The notes: generated by a model from the letters alone, not told the origin. A DNA stretch of 64,000 nucleotides from an uncultured Clostridia bacterium (GCA_944384535.1 CALWTS010000031.1:71461-135460), one strand, 5' to 3'; shown: positions 20,103 through 29,760, counted from the stretch's first letter. Numbers and translations: made by a program.

Positions 20103-21587
20103 TTATTCACTTTCAACTTCATCTTCTACAACGTTTTCAACATCTAAGTCTCTCATTATATCACATAACTTCTCAAACTCATCTAAACTTAACCATAAAA
20201 TCATTTCTGTTTTTTGATCAATAGTTTCCCTATGAGTTTTTTCTTTTTCTAAACTTTGTAAAGATTTTTCTCTTTTTAGTTCTTTTCTTTCCTTATCATA
20301 TTTACCGACTATCTTTACAACTTCTTCTTTAAATCTTTTAGCTAAATAGCTCTTTTTGTTATCAAAAACAGTGATTCCAAACTTTTTTGCAAAATATTCT
20401 CTCAATTGATTACTATGTCCCAAATTAATATGCGAACTTAAATTTGGATTTTTAGCCATATCCTCAACTAATGATTCCTCAATTTTGCTTTTTGGTTGTT
20501 TTAAAAATCTCTTTAATTCTTTACTGCCTGTCAACTCTAACACTTTTTTTGCTATATCAATAAAAAGTTGTACGGTATCAACTTTAATTTTTTCTCTCTC
20601 TAATCCAATATTCTTAATTTCCTCATCATATTCAGCTTTATCATATCGTCCTTGATCAGTCAATCCATTAAAAACAACTATAGGTTTTCTCACGCTAATT
20701 GTATTTCCATTTTCATCTTTTTCATTAACAATCATCTCTGTAATTTCATATCTACCATGAATCACTGCATTTCTTATATCATCTGTAACAACATCCCAAT
20801 CTCTATTACCAACTCCATTTAAAAAGATTTTTCCACTGTAGTTATATCTTTCCTTATATTTTGGACTAGAAAAAACAAAAGATGAATAAGTGATAAGATC
20901 AAAAGCATGAATTGAATCGTTACTTTCAAAAAATTCATGCACGTTTTTGTTTTCTTCATTACCTGCATTCTGTTTATCCAATTCATCCAAAAACTTTTTC
21001 TTTAATTCACTCCATTTCATTTTGGGATTTTTAAACATTATTTCAGTTAATAATGCTGACCCTTTTACTAAATCAGAATATCTTGCGTCTAAATATTCGT
21101 TTTGAATTGTTCCATAAAATTTAAATAACTTGTTTCTTTGTCTTAACTCTGCAATATTATTTAAATTTGCAAGTTTTAAAATAACACCAACAATTTTTAC
21201 ATTACCAGAACTATCAATAAATGCATTTTCATTTATCGAATATTGAATTTCTCCATGAGCAAATTTATTCCTAAAAGACCTCCCTTTTTGTTCTTGTTCT
21301 TTAGCACCATTCAAAACCTTTACTGTAAAATTAGGATTGTATAGATTTTCTTCAAAAATATAATTGTTTTCAAGTAACTTATAAAAACTAGATATCAAAT
21401 TTTTATCCTTCAGTTTATCTACATATTCTTTAGCTTCAGGCTCATCTTTTAAAAAATTTTCAATTCCTTCTTCAAAGTTTAAATCATTTCTAATCATTCT
21501 TTCCCTAATCCTGACAAAAGAACTTAAAACCTTCCCGAAATATTGTGCATTTTCAAATTCTTTCGCGATTTTTTCTCTATCTATCAT
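20103..21587 (-). CDS. Hypothetical protein with two HEPN-like RNxxxH motifs
   Basis: FRNKFAHG and IRNAVIHG motifs; SD AAGGAG and its own TTGACT..TATAAT promoter. Confidence 0.6.
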   Translation of the reverse strand: MIDREKIAKEFENAQYFGKVLSSFVRIRERMIRNDLNFEEGIENFLKDEPEAKEYVDKLKDKNLISSFYKLLENNYIFEENLYNPNFTVKVLNGAKEQEQKGRSFRNKFAHGEIQYSINENAFIDSSGNVKIVGVILKLANLNNIAELRQRNKLFKFYGTIQNEYLDARYSDLVKGSALLTEIMFKNPKMKWSELKKKFLDELDKQNAGNEENKNVHEFFESNDSIHAFDLITYSSFVFSSPKYKERYNYSGKIFLNGVGNRDWDVVTDDIRNAVIHGRYEITEMIVNEKDENGNTISVRKPIVVFNGLTDQGRYDKAEYDEEIKNIGLEREKIKVDTVQLFIDIAKKVLELTGSKELKRFLKQPKSKIEESLVEDMAKNPNLSSHINLGHSNQLREYFAKKFGITVFDNKKSYLAKRFKEEVVKIVGKYDKERKELKREKSLQSLEKEKTHRETIDQKTEMILWLSLDEFEKLCDIMRDLDVENVVEDEVESE

Positions 21588-21732
21588 CTATATTTCTCCT
21601 TAATGTTCATTATATCATTTTAATAAAAAAAGTCAATAAAAGAGATTTTTTAAAATCATTTTTTACAAAAATATTTATATTTTTACAAAAAAAATACTTG
21701 ACTCACATTAAAAATATTTGTAAAATAAAACA

Positions 21733-21895
21733 ACATAGCAAATACTTGTTGCACTTTCTTGAGAACAAGCATTTTGCCGTGTTAAATCATATCTCCTAAA
21801 TAAAACATCAAATCGTTTAGAAAGATAAAAGTTTAAATAGAACTATTCTTTCATAAACAAAAAATGCTTACATCTTAAGATATAAGCATTTTTTT
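21733..21895 (+). ncRNA. Candidate small RNA (5' stem-loop, CU-rich anti-SD stretch, terminator)
   Basis: TTGACT-17nt-TAAAAT promoter at 21698-21726; stem-loop 21733-21782; ATCTCCT at 21791-21797; terminator 21859-21895; no credible ORF. Confidence 0.4.
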
Positions 21896-21920
21896 CTATA
21901 ATATTTTTTTAAACAAAAAA

Positions 21921-22850
21921 TTACTTATTTATCGCAAACAATACAATTTCTGTTGGATAAATGTCTCCGCCATAATAACGTAAATAGAATTTATAGTTTT
22001 TATTTATTGAATGAATATATTGAGGAATTTGCCAAAGATGATTATTTTTATGATAGATGGAAACCAAAAGTATGGGATTATCGTTTTTAATATGAGTTTT
22101 TGCTCCTTTAAGAGCCAAAAGTTCATCCCCTTCTATATCCATCTTTATTAAATCAATTTTTTCCATTACATCTTTATCTAAACAAATACTTTCTATCTTT
22201 ATATTACCTTCATTCGAAGTTTTATTGGATGAAAATTCAAAACTTTCGCTAAGATATAAAGTATCAAATTTGTTTTTGACTGCTTTATTTTTACAAAAAA
22301 TATTTTCATACTTGGATAAATTATTTTGTAATTTTTGAAAAACACTCGGTGTAATTTCATAACAATATGCTTTTTTGTAACTATTTTCACCATAACAACT
22401 TATATAATCAATCATGCTATCTCCATAATAAGCACCAACATCAATGATAACCTTATTTTTTAAATTTGGTAAAATATCTAAATCAAAATAATGTTTAAAT
22501 TTTGTTTCACATGCTTTTTTAAGAGATTTGAAATCATAATTGAAATAGTTATTTAAAATAGCAAATAAAATAAATTTGGAAGTATAGTCTTCTAATTTAT
22601 TATATAACCAAATTAGCTTATCTAAATATTTATTTAACAATACCGCCTTTCTTTCAATTTCATCAAAATTTCCAACTTTAATATCCAATTGACCCCAAAA
22701 TTTATATTTATTAAAGTAATTTTGCAAAATATTTTGAAAACTATAAGGTAATTTCAAAAAATTCAACTTAATTTTACCTAAAAGTTCTTCATAAGAGTTA
22801 TTTCTAATCTCTTTTATAAGTTTTTTAAATTTATAGTCAATCTCATTCAT
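21921..22850 (-). CDS. FkbM family methyltransferase
   Basis: IIDVGAYYGDS, IDLIKMDIEGDELLALKGA and SIYH motifs. Confidence 0.85.
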   Translation of the reverse strand: MNEIDYKFKKLIKEIRNNSYEELLGKIKLNFLKLPYSFQNILQNYFNKYKFWGQLDIKVGNFDEIERKAVLLNKYLDKLIWLYNKLEDYTSKFILFAILNNYFNYDFKSLKKACETKFKHYFDLDILPNLKNKVIIDVGAYYGDSMIDYISCYGENSYKKAYCYEITPSVFQKLQNNLSKYENIFCKNKAVKNKFDTLYLSESFEFSSNKTSNEGNIKIESICLDKDVMEKIDLIKMDIEGDELLALKGAKTHIKNDNPILLVSIYHKNNHLWQIPQYIHSINKNYKFYLRYYGGDIYPTEIVLFAINK

Positions 22851-22976
22851 ACTATCCTTCCTATATTAATTTATTACAAATTTACTCTCTTTGATACATA
22901 ACAAAATAAAATGCGGTAATGAAATAAAATCTAATTTATCATTGACAAAATAATAAAATATTTGTAAAATAATGAT

Positions 22977-23768
22977 ATGGAAGTCACAAACTTAAATGTA
23001 GATGCATATTTATTTGCAAAAGAAAAACATAAAGGTCAAAAACGCACAGGCTCTAATAAACCATATTTTTCGCATTGCATCAATACCGCAGACATAATAA
23101 TAAAACTTTTTAAAAAAAATAATCTTGTTAATTTTGACCAAACATTAGCAGAAAACATCGCCTTACTGCACGATGTATTAGAAGATACTGACACAACTTT
23201 TGAAGAAATAAAAAAAAAATTTGGAGAAAAAATTGCAAATTCTGTACAAGCACTTACAAAAAACAAAAATTTATCTTACAATGAACAATTGAAAGATAGT
23301 TTAAAAAGAATATCAAAATTAAGTAATGAAGTTGCTTTAGTAAAAATGGCTGACAGAATTGATAACCTTAGTTCATTAAATCCCATTTGGGATAAAGATA
23401 GAGCATTATGGTATGTTGAACAGTCTTTATTAATAGCTGATATGCTACAAACCAAATGCCCAGCAATGAGCTTAAAACTTATTGACTCCATCTATAGTTA
23501 TATGGATCTTATAGATAAAAAAACAAAGGAAGGAGGTTATATGATTTTTTTACAAGCCAAAGGAGGATATTTATTTGCGTACGACCCTGACACTGGAGTT
23601 ACTTTGAAATTTGTAGAGAACGATTGGCAACTTTCAGATATAAGTTATGCTGAACTTTCTCATGACACAGATTTAATACCACTCACTCCTGTAGAAGCTA
23701 AAATTATTTATAATGAAAAGAATCCTAAAGATAAAATAATAGATTTTGAAAATATTTTAAAGTTTTGA
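22977..23768 (+). CDS. HD-domain (p)ppGpp hydrolase-like protein (small alarmone hydrolase) with a C-terminal extra domain
   Basis: HKGQKRTGSNKPYFSH, ALLHDVLEDT, VQALTK, VKMADRIDNL. Confidence 0.85.
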   Translation: MEVTNLNVDAYLFAKEKHKGQKRTGSNKPYFSHCINTADIIIKLFKKNNLVNFDQTLAENIALLHDVLEDTDTTFEEIKKKFGEKIANSVQALTKNKNLSYNEQLKDSLKRISKLSNEVALVKMADRIDNLSSLNPIWDKDRALWYVEQSLLIADMLQTKCPAMSLKLIDSIYSYMDLIDKKTKEGGYMIFLQAKGGYLFAYDPDTGVTLKFVENDWQLSDISYAELSHDTDLIPLTPVEAKIIYNEKNPKDKIIDFENILKF

Positions 23769-23778
23769 GGAGGAAAAA

Positions 23779-24981
23779 ATGCTCGATAAACTCGCTAAAT
23801 ATTATGAATATTACAACATTAAAGCTCCTACAGAAAAATTTGATGTCATTCAAAATCCTGGAGCAAAAACAATATCTAGTTTAATTGATAAAGTTAAAAG
23901 AAATGTTGAAATACAGGGAAGAAAAAATTTTACATTGAATGATATCTCTGATATGGCCAGGTGCTCGGTTTTATTTAATTCATACAGCGACATACCACCT
24001 TTTTTGAAAGGATTAAAACAAAGAATTCCTAGTCTAACAGGATATATATCTAGATTTCCTAGTGGTTACCGTGGTATTCATCTTAATTTTGAAATTGATG
24101 GAATAACAGTAGAAATTCAACTGAGTACTCAACGTGCTTGGGAAGTAAAGCAATTAACAGAAAATTTTTATACAAAATGGAGAGGGTTTAATCTCCAACA
24201 AAAAAATAAAGAAATTATTGACTTATCAAATGAAATTAAGGATTTGGAACAAAAACTTACAAATTCAACAAATGACGAAAATTTAAAACAAAATTTAGAA
24301 GAAAAAAAATTACTATTGAGAAATTTAAAAAAAGACTTAAAAACAAGCATTGATTTACAAAATGCAGAAAGCAAAATGACAAAAGATTTATATACAGAAC
24401 TACATAGCGATGGTCAATTTGCTGTGGTTGAAGATGAAATAGAAAGTTTATTGTTATCATTCGAAGCAACAAAAACAATTTCACAAGAAAAAGAAGAACT
24501 TAAATTTTTAAAAGAAACATTTTCTATTGATCAAAATGGAAATGTTAATGAAAATGAAGTTAGATTACGTGCTACAAATGCAAATTCAATGGCACAATCT
24601 GTTCAAAAAAATTTAATAGAGAATGTTAAACAAACACTTCTAGTAAAAAATGATAACATCTTAGTAGACGATAAAATTAATGAGGGTATGAAATTAATAC
24701 ACAAAATTATTAATGCATACAATGAAAACTTACAAAAAGTATATCAAGGAAAAGAGGAAAATATTTTAGATAATATAAATATTATATCTTATCAGAGGTA
24801 CAACATAGCTGTTGAGGTAACAAAATTTGCTTTAAAACATAATTTAACAAAACAAGATATACCTACCCTTTTATACGAGTTCTACAATAATGTAGCAAAA
24901 AATCCAGATCAATTTTCATCTAAAAATTTAGATTTTCCAAATTTAGATAATTACCTAAAAGAAGAACTATTTTTAGAATGA
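23779..24981 (+). CDS. RelA/SpoT-type synthetase domain protein (small alarmone synthetase-like) with coiled-coil C-terminus
   Basis: KTISSLIDK, DISDMAR, SGYRGIHLNF and VEIQLST match the RelA/SpoT nucleotidyltransferase pattern; 10 nt after the HD gene with SD GAGGAGG. Confidence 0.7.
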   Translation: MLDKLAKYYEYYNIKAPTEKFDVIQNPGAKTISSLIDKVKRNVEIQGRKNFTLNDISDMARCSVLFNSYSDIPPFLKGLKQRIPSLTGYISRFPSGYRGIHLNFEIDGITVEIQLSTQRAWEVKQLTENFYTKWRGFNLQQKNKEIIDLSNEIKDLEQKLTNSTNDENLKQNLEEKKLLLRNLKKDLKTSIDLQNAESKMTKDLYTELHSDGQFAVVEDEIESLLLSFEATKTISQEKEELKFLKETFSIDQNGNVNENEVRLRATNANSMAQSVQKNLIENVKQTLLVKNDNILVDDKINEGMKLIHKIINAYNENLQKVYQGKEENILDNINIISYQRYNIAVEVTKFALKHNLTKQDIPTLLYEFYNNVAKNPDQFSSKNLDFPNLDNYLKEELFLE

Positions 24982-24997
24982 TAGAAGAAGTGTATTT

Positions 24998-25039
24998 GAT
25001 ATTATAGAAGCGGACATGAATGTCCGCTTCTATAATATC
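24998..25039. terminator. Long perfect hairpin between convergent genes
   Basis: 19-bp stem GATATTATAGAAGCGGACA/TGTCCGCTTCTATAATATC with a TGAA loop. Confidence 0.65.
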
Positions 25040-25091
25040 TACTAAAAACAATAGTTCTTAATACAAATCTGTTTTTTTATTCTTAAATCTT

Positions 25092-25848
25092 TCAGTCTTT
25101 TTTAGTTTCTGAATTCTCTTCTTTTATTATTTCATCTATTCTTAATTGCTCAACAATAATTTTCTTTTTATTAAACTTTCTTTTTATCAATTCATAGGAA
25201 ACCATAAAAATAACATACATCACACCTACAATCGGAGCCAAAACCCAAACAGTAAGAGGAGTCCCTGATAAAATTGGTTCAAAAATATAAAAAGAATCCA
25301 TTAAACCAAATACCGAAGTTAAAAAAGCACCTAATGTTATATAACACAAAAACCCTATTACAAAACTTGGCCATTTCTTATAATCTGGTTTAAACCACCC
25401 GACAAGACATAATAGAATAACCAAGTATAAACTGATTGCATGATGTAATAGCCCTGAAATTGTTTTTCCGTAGAAGAAGGAAATATTTTGTCCTATAAAA
25501 TCAGGATAAATTAGTGTTAAAACACTTCCTAAAAATACTAAATAAACAACAAAATGTAAAACAATATTATTTCTTTTTCCAAACATAACTGTTAACGATA
25601 AAACAAAACTACTCATACCACAAAAACTATTTGGAATAATGTACGCCCAATTGTTATTAGAAACGACTAATTCAATCCTATTCCATACAACCAAAATAAA
25701 AAGAAGGAGCCCTACACAACGAACGACTATATCTTGCTTTTTAATATCCTTAACAAAATGTTTAATAATAAATAAGTGTTACTATAGATAAAACTAAATA
25801 AACTGCCAAAAAAGTAAAATGTTCCCAACCAAAAACCTGAGGATTCAT
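25092..25848 (-). pseudogene. YwaF/TMEM164-like integral membrane protein, frameshifted near 25770
   Basis: SD AGGAG + ATG 25848 gives MNPQVFGWEHFTFLAV and then stops. A one-base shift near 25770 continues into ...IVVRCVGLLLFILVVWNRI... with PNSFCG, YPDF and LLHH motifs. May be a sequence error. Confidence 0.6.
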
Positions 25849-26031
25849 TTTTAATCTCCTTTAATCATAATTATTATACTCAAAATTTATGTTTTTGCAA
25901 ATAATTTAAAAACCTCTTTTAATAAAATAAACATGTTTATGAATTATCTTTTACAAAAAAAAGGAATTAATTATAATTCCTTCTTTTTAGTATTAACTTT
26001 TAAACAACATTTTTATTAATACAAAAAACTG

Positions 26032-26106
26032 TGGCTCCCCAGGTAGGATTCGAACCTACGGCCTATCGGTTAACAGCCGAGCGCTCCACCACTGAGCTAC
26101 TGGGGA
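26032..26106 (-). tRNA. tRNA-Asn (GTT)
   Basis: Reverse complement TCCCCAGTAGCTCAGTGGTGGAGCGCTCGGCTGTTAACCGATAGGCCGTAGGTTCGAATCCTACCTGGGGAGCCA folds as a cloverleaf with GTT anticodon and encoded CCA. Confidence 0.97.
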
Positions 26107-26263
26107 ATATAACATTTATTTACAAATGCAACAATATAATAACAAACTTTTCCCCCTTTGTCAATTATTTTTTTTACTTTTTCAATTATTTTTTTAAAAA
26201 AATTTCATCTTGTAATTCATAATTAAAAATGTTATAATCCTTATAAACATATGAGGTATTTTT

Positions 26264-28054
26264 ATGAATAGTGTAATAGTTAATAATGTAGATTTATTTA
26301 ATCCTATTGGCGACAATATGCCAAAAATCATTGAATATTTTGTAAAATTTTATGGTGAAAAGTATCGCAACCAAATTGAAAAAACTTTAAATAATTTAAA
26401 AATTATTATTGTAGGTGGAAACTCTTTATCAAATAGTCCTAAAAAGAATCTCAAATGTTATTATAATGACAAAATATATCAAATCGAAAAATCTTTTATT
26501 GACAGTCTCAAAACTAAGGATTTTTCAAAATTCTATTATATCCCTTTTGACAATATGGATAAAATAAAGAACTTATTAAACAGTACTTATTACAATGAAG
26601 TAATATTTGAAATCATTTCTACTTTTAATCCTAAAATAATAAAATCAGAAAAATATTACAATCAAACCCTTCAATGTAATAATGATGAACAACAAAATAA
26701 TTTAGTCAATAGTTGGCTTTCAGATGAATCATCAAAAAAAGAATTAACTGAAATTTTTGATAACATTATAAAATTTTGGGAAGAAAATTACTCTGCACAA
26801 TACAATCAATTAATCTCCGAAAAAGAAGAAAAAATGGAACTTTTGCAAGAATATGATAGTGCAATAATAAGCTCTATGTCAAAAAATGATGACTATAATA
26901 AAGATTTTGTTTTTCAAATTTTATCTCAAAATAAAATATTTAAAATATCAAATTTGAATGAATTAATTAATGATAAATCTTTTGTAAATGACTTTTTAGA
27001 AATAATAGAAAAATTTCCAATTTTTGAAATGTCATTTGACAGAAGTCGTTTTATAAAAGTTTTTAATCAACTTGGTTTTAATTTAGGAACAAGTTTACAA
27101 GAATATACCAACAACATGGATATAATTAAGTTATTTGACAACCAAGAATTAAAAGAAAAATATACAGACTTTAAAAAAGAAGTAAAAAAACAAGAAATAA
27201 TAAATAACAGAAACATTATGTCTATTATTAATGAACTTGTTCAAATGGGATTTTACGGAATAAACGATATTGTAAATGATCTGGTTTCTTTTTCTTATAA
27301 TTCGAGTTGTTTGGCATATGTTACTTTTGTACAACATGATGAAGGATTTACAGATTTATGCGTACTTCCAACTGGTGAAACTTTATGCAATCATACAGTC
27401 ATTCATGAATTTAACCATATTATAGAGACTAATATAATTTTTCACGATGGTAAATATGTTGCTAAATGCGGATATGATATTTTAAGAATTGACAGCACAA
27501 AAGATAAATTTGAAAAAGATAATTTATTTAGCGAAACTAGAAATTCCGGCAAAAGAGAGGCTGAACTTTTCAATGAAGTTATCAATGATTATCTATCAAA
27601 AAAAATTTGCAAATTGATGGAAAGAGACAATTTTCAAATAGGACTTAATGATGAAATAGATTCATCTTATAGCATAGGATTTGTTTTACTTGAAGATTTC
27701 ATAGAAGAAAATCTTGATATCATTATAGAATCAAGATTTTCGCCCGATATTAATGCTTTAGCAAATAAAATTGGAAAAAATAATTTAAATAGATTGACTA
27801 AACTCACTGACAAATTTTTAAAATTTTCAATATTTACCATCGCAGACTTTTTAAAACTAATGACATCAAAATATAATTTAACAAAAACTGAATTAAAAAA
27901 CTTTCTTTCTAATGGTAATTTATCAAAAGTAAAAGTATCAAAAACACATAAAGAAATATTAGATTGTTTTATTGAAATGAATAAAATAAAAAAATCAATC
28001 GAAGAATTTAAAAATTGTCAAAAAGATAATTTGGTCGATATAGAATCAGAATAA
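26264..28054 (+). CDS. Hypothetical protein with zincin-like HEXXH motif
   Basis: VIHEFNHIIE plus downstream FNEVIND (gluzincin-like third ligand); no signal peptide. Confidence 0.6.
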   Translation: MNSVIVNNVDLFNPIGDNMPKIIEYFVKFYGEKYRNQIEKTLNNLKIIIVGGNSLSNSPKKNLKCYYNDKIYQIEKSFIDSLKTKDFSKFYYIPFDNMDKIKNLLNSTYYNEVIFEIISTFNPKIIKSEKYYNQTLQCNNDEQQNNLVNSWLSDESSKKELTEIFDNIIKFWEENYSAQYNQLISEKEEKMELLQEYDSAIISSMSKNDDYNKDFVFQILSQNKIFKISNLNELINDKSFVNDFLEIIEKFPIFEMSFDRSRFIKVFNQLGFNLGTSLQEYTNNMDIIKLFDNQELKEKYTDFKKEVKKQEIINNRNIMSIINELVQMGFYGINDIVNDLVSFSYNSSCLAYVTFVQHDEGFTDLCVLPTGETLCNHTVIHEFNHIIETNIIFHDGKYVAKCGYDILRIDSTKDKFEKDNLFSETRNSGKREAELFNEVINDYLSKKICKLMERDNFQIGLNDEIDSSYSIGFVLLEDFIEENLDIIIESRFSPDINALANKIGKNNLNRLTKLTDKFLKFSIFTIADFLKLMTSKYNLTKTELKNFLSNGNLSKVKVSKTHKEILDCFIEMNKIKKSIEEFKNCQKDNLVDIESE

Positions 28055-28071
28055 AATAACCTTATCTACTT

Positions 28072-28242
28072 TTATTCTGATGGTAATATAGACTCTATTT
28101 CATCATTTTTATCCTTTAAATCATTTAACTCTTTTTGCTTGTAATTTATGACTATTGAAGTTATTATTACAAATAAAACAAGTATAGATATTCCTATCCA
28201 CATCAATAAATTATTTAATTTTCTTTTTTTCTTTTCTTCCAT
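28072..28242 (-). CDS. Small DivIC/FtsB-like bitopic protein (56 aa)
   Basis: Manual translation MEEKKKRKLNNLLMWIGISILVLFVIITSIVINYKQKELNDLKDKNDEIESILPSE: basic N-terminus, one TM helix, short coiled coil. Sits at the divIC position of yabP-yabQ-divIC. Confidence 0.6.
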   Translation of the reverse strand: MEEKKKRKLNNLLMWIGISILVLFVIITSIVINYKQKELNDLKDKNDEIESILPSE

Positions 28243-28589
28243 TTTGACTTCTCTACCATCTTTTTTTGTTTTAAATTAAACGCACTATACCACTTTTTTA
28301 TTAATTTACACCAAATTAACTTAATAATTAATCTTTCTAAAGTTAATCCTGCTATAAATAATACTATAACATAAATTCTAAATTGTCCATAATTAATTTT
28401 TAAATTTACAAAAAAGAAAATAAAAAAAGAAAATAAAATAGTTAAAAAATCAAAAAAAGATTTTGTAATCTTATCATTCCCACAAATCGCCGTTAAAAGT
28501 TTAAAAATATCAAAAATTCCCCCACATAACAATCCTGTGAGAAAAATAACAACTATAATTATTGGCTGATTAACTGTAGGATAAAGCAA
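28215..28589 (-). CDS. yabQ: Spore cortex biosynthesis protein YabQ-like
   Basis: GLLCGGIFDIF, FFDF and NYGQFRIYVI motifs; follows yabP. Confidence 0.75.
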   Translation of the reverse strand: MLYPTVNQPIIIVVIFLTGLLCGGIFDIFKLLTAICGNDKITKSFFDFLTILFSFFIFFFVNLKINYGQFRIYVIVLFIAGLTLERLIIKLIWCKLIKKWYSAFNLKQKKMVEKSKWKKRKKEN

Positions 28590-28598
28590 AATTCCTTC

Positions 28599-28850
28599 CT
28601 ATTTAAAAATCCTTTTTAATAAAGGAGTTTTTTTTGTATTTATAGAACCTAATTTTAAATTTAAAAAATTACCTGTAAGAACAACATCTTCATCTTCTAA
28701 ATCTAATTTTTTAACTTCAATATTATTACCTGTTATTATTACACCACTTGAACTTGTTTCAACAACCGCTTGTGTTTGTGTAGAAGAAACAACTTTTGTT
28801 GCACCTTTAATTTGTAAACAGTCTCCCTCTAAATGTATATAACTTTCCAT
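28599..28850 (-). CDS. yabP: YabP/YqfC family sporulation protein
   Basis: IKGATKVVSST...VETSSSGVIITGNNIEVKKLDLE...G pattern and LLKRIFK tail. Confidence 0.75.
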   Translation of the reverse strand: MESYIHLEGDCLQIKGATKVVSSTQTQAVVETSSSGVIITGNNIEVKKLDLEDEDVVLTGNFLNLKLGSINTKKTPLLKRIFK

Positions 28851-28932
28851 ATTATTCCCCCTCTTTAATTAATATTCTCATAAATTGCTAAAAATGATAG
28901 ATTAATTGTTAAAAATGTTTTAAAATATAAAT

Positions 28933-29760
28933 ATGGAAAAATTAGTGCTGATTTCAAATAAAAACGACAAACTTTTTAACATTTTATCTAATCAAGGATT
29001 TTCTTTTAATGCAATAAATAAACTTTTAAGAAAAAAAGATATAATAGTTAATGGACAACGAATTAAGGAAAATTTAGATATTTATATTCAAGATGAAATA
29101 ATTATTTTTTTTGACCCATCTATGAAAAACGAAAAAAAAATTGACATTGTTTACGAAGATGAAAACATCTTAATTGTAAATAAACCTATTGGTATAGAAG
29201 TAGAAGGCGAAAATGGTTTATCTAATATATTGAAAGCTATTCCTGTACATAGACTTGATAGAAATACAACGGGTTTGATTATTTTTGCTAAAAATGAAGA
29301 GTCTAAAGAGATTTTGTTTAAATCTTTTAAAGAACATAAAATAGAAAAAAAATATTTAGCTGAAGTGATTGGAAATACAAATTTTAAAAACACTATTTTT
29401 AATGCAAATCTAGTTAAGGATAGTAAAAACAGTATAGTAAAGATATACAAAAACAATGTAAAAAATTCTGTTAGAATTTCTACAATATTCAATACAATAA
29501 AATCTTCTCCTTCATCAAGTATCGTTGAATGCACTTTAATAACAGGCAAAACTCATCAAATAAGAGCTTCTTTAGCATACTTAGGTCATGCAATAATTGG
29601 TGATGGAAAATATGGGAAAAATGAAGATAATAAAAAGTTTAAAACTTTCACACAAAAATTGCATTGTTATTATCTAAAGATTAACGAAAAACAAAATATA
29701 CTATCTTATTTAAACGAAAAAACATTTATTGTATATCCAGATTGGTATTTCCAAAATTAA
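28933..29760 (+). CDS. RluA family pseudouridine synthase
   Basis: S4-like N-terminus, IVYEDENILIVNKP, HRLDRNTTG, TGKTHQIR, IIGDGKYG. Confidence 0.92.
   Translation: MEKLVLISNKNDKLFNILSNQGFSFNAINKLLRKKDIIVNGQRIKENLDIYIQDEIIIFFDPSMKNEKKIDIVYEDENILIVNKPIGIEVEGENGLSNILKAIPVHRLDRNTTGLIIFAKNEESKEILFKSFKEHKIEKKYLAEVIGNTNFKNTIFNANLVKDSKNSIVKIYKNNVKNSVRISTIFNTIKSSPSSSIVECTLITGKTHQIRASLAYLGHAIIGDGKYGKNEDNKKFKTFTQKLHCYYLKINEKQNILSYLNEKTFIVYPDWYFQN

Noticed and set aside
19945-21920. Possible Cas13-like CRISPR locus around the dual-HEPN gene
   Set aside because: No repeat-spacer array or cas genes seen nearby or elsewhere in the window, and the protein is much smaller than Cas13.
26031-26222. 63-aa ORF MAPQVGFEPT...
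   Set aside because: Antisense translation of tRNA-Asn.
26032-28054. tRNA-Asn as an integration site
   Set aside because: No duplicated tRNA 3' end or integrase seen, and the orphan gene lies on the tRNA's 5' side.
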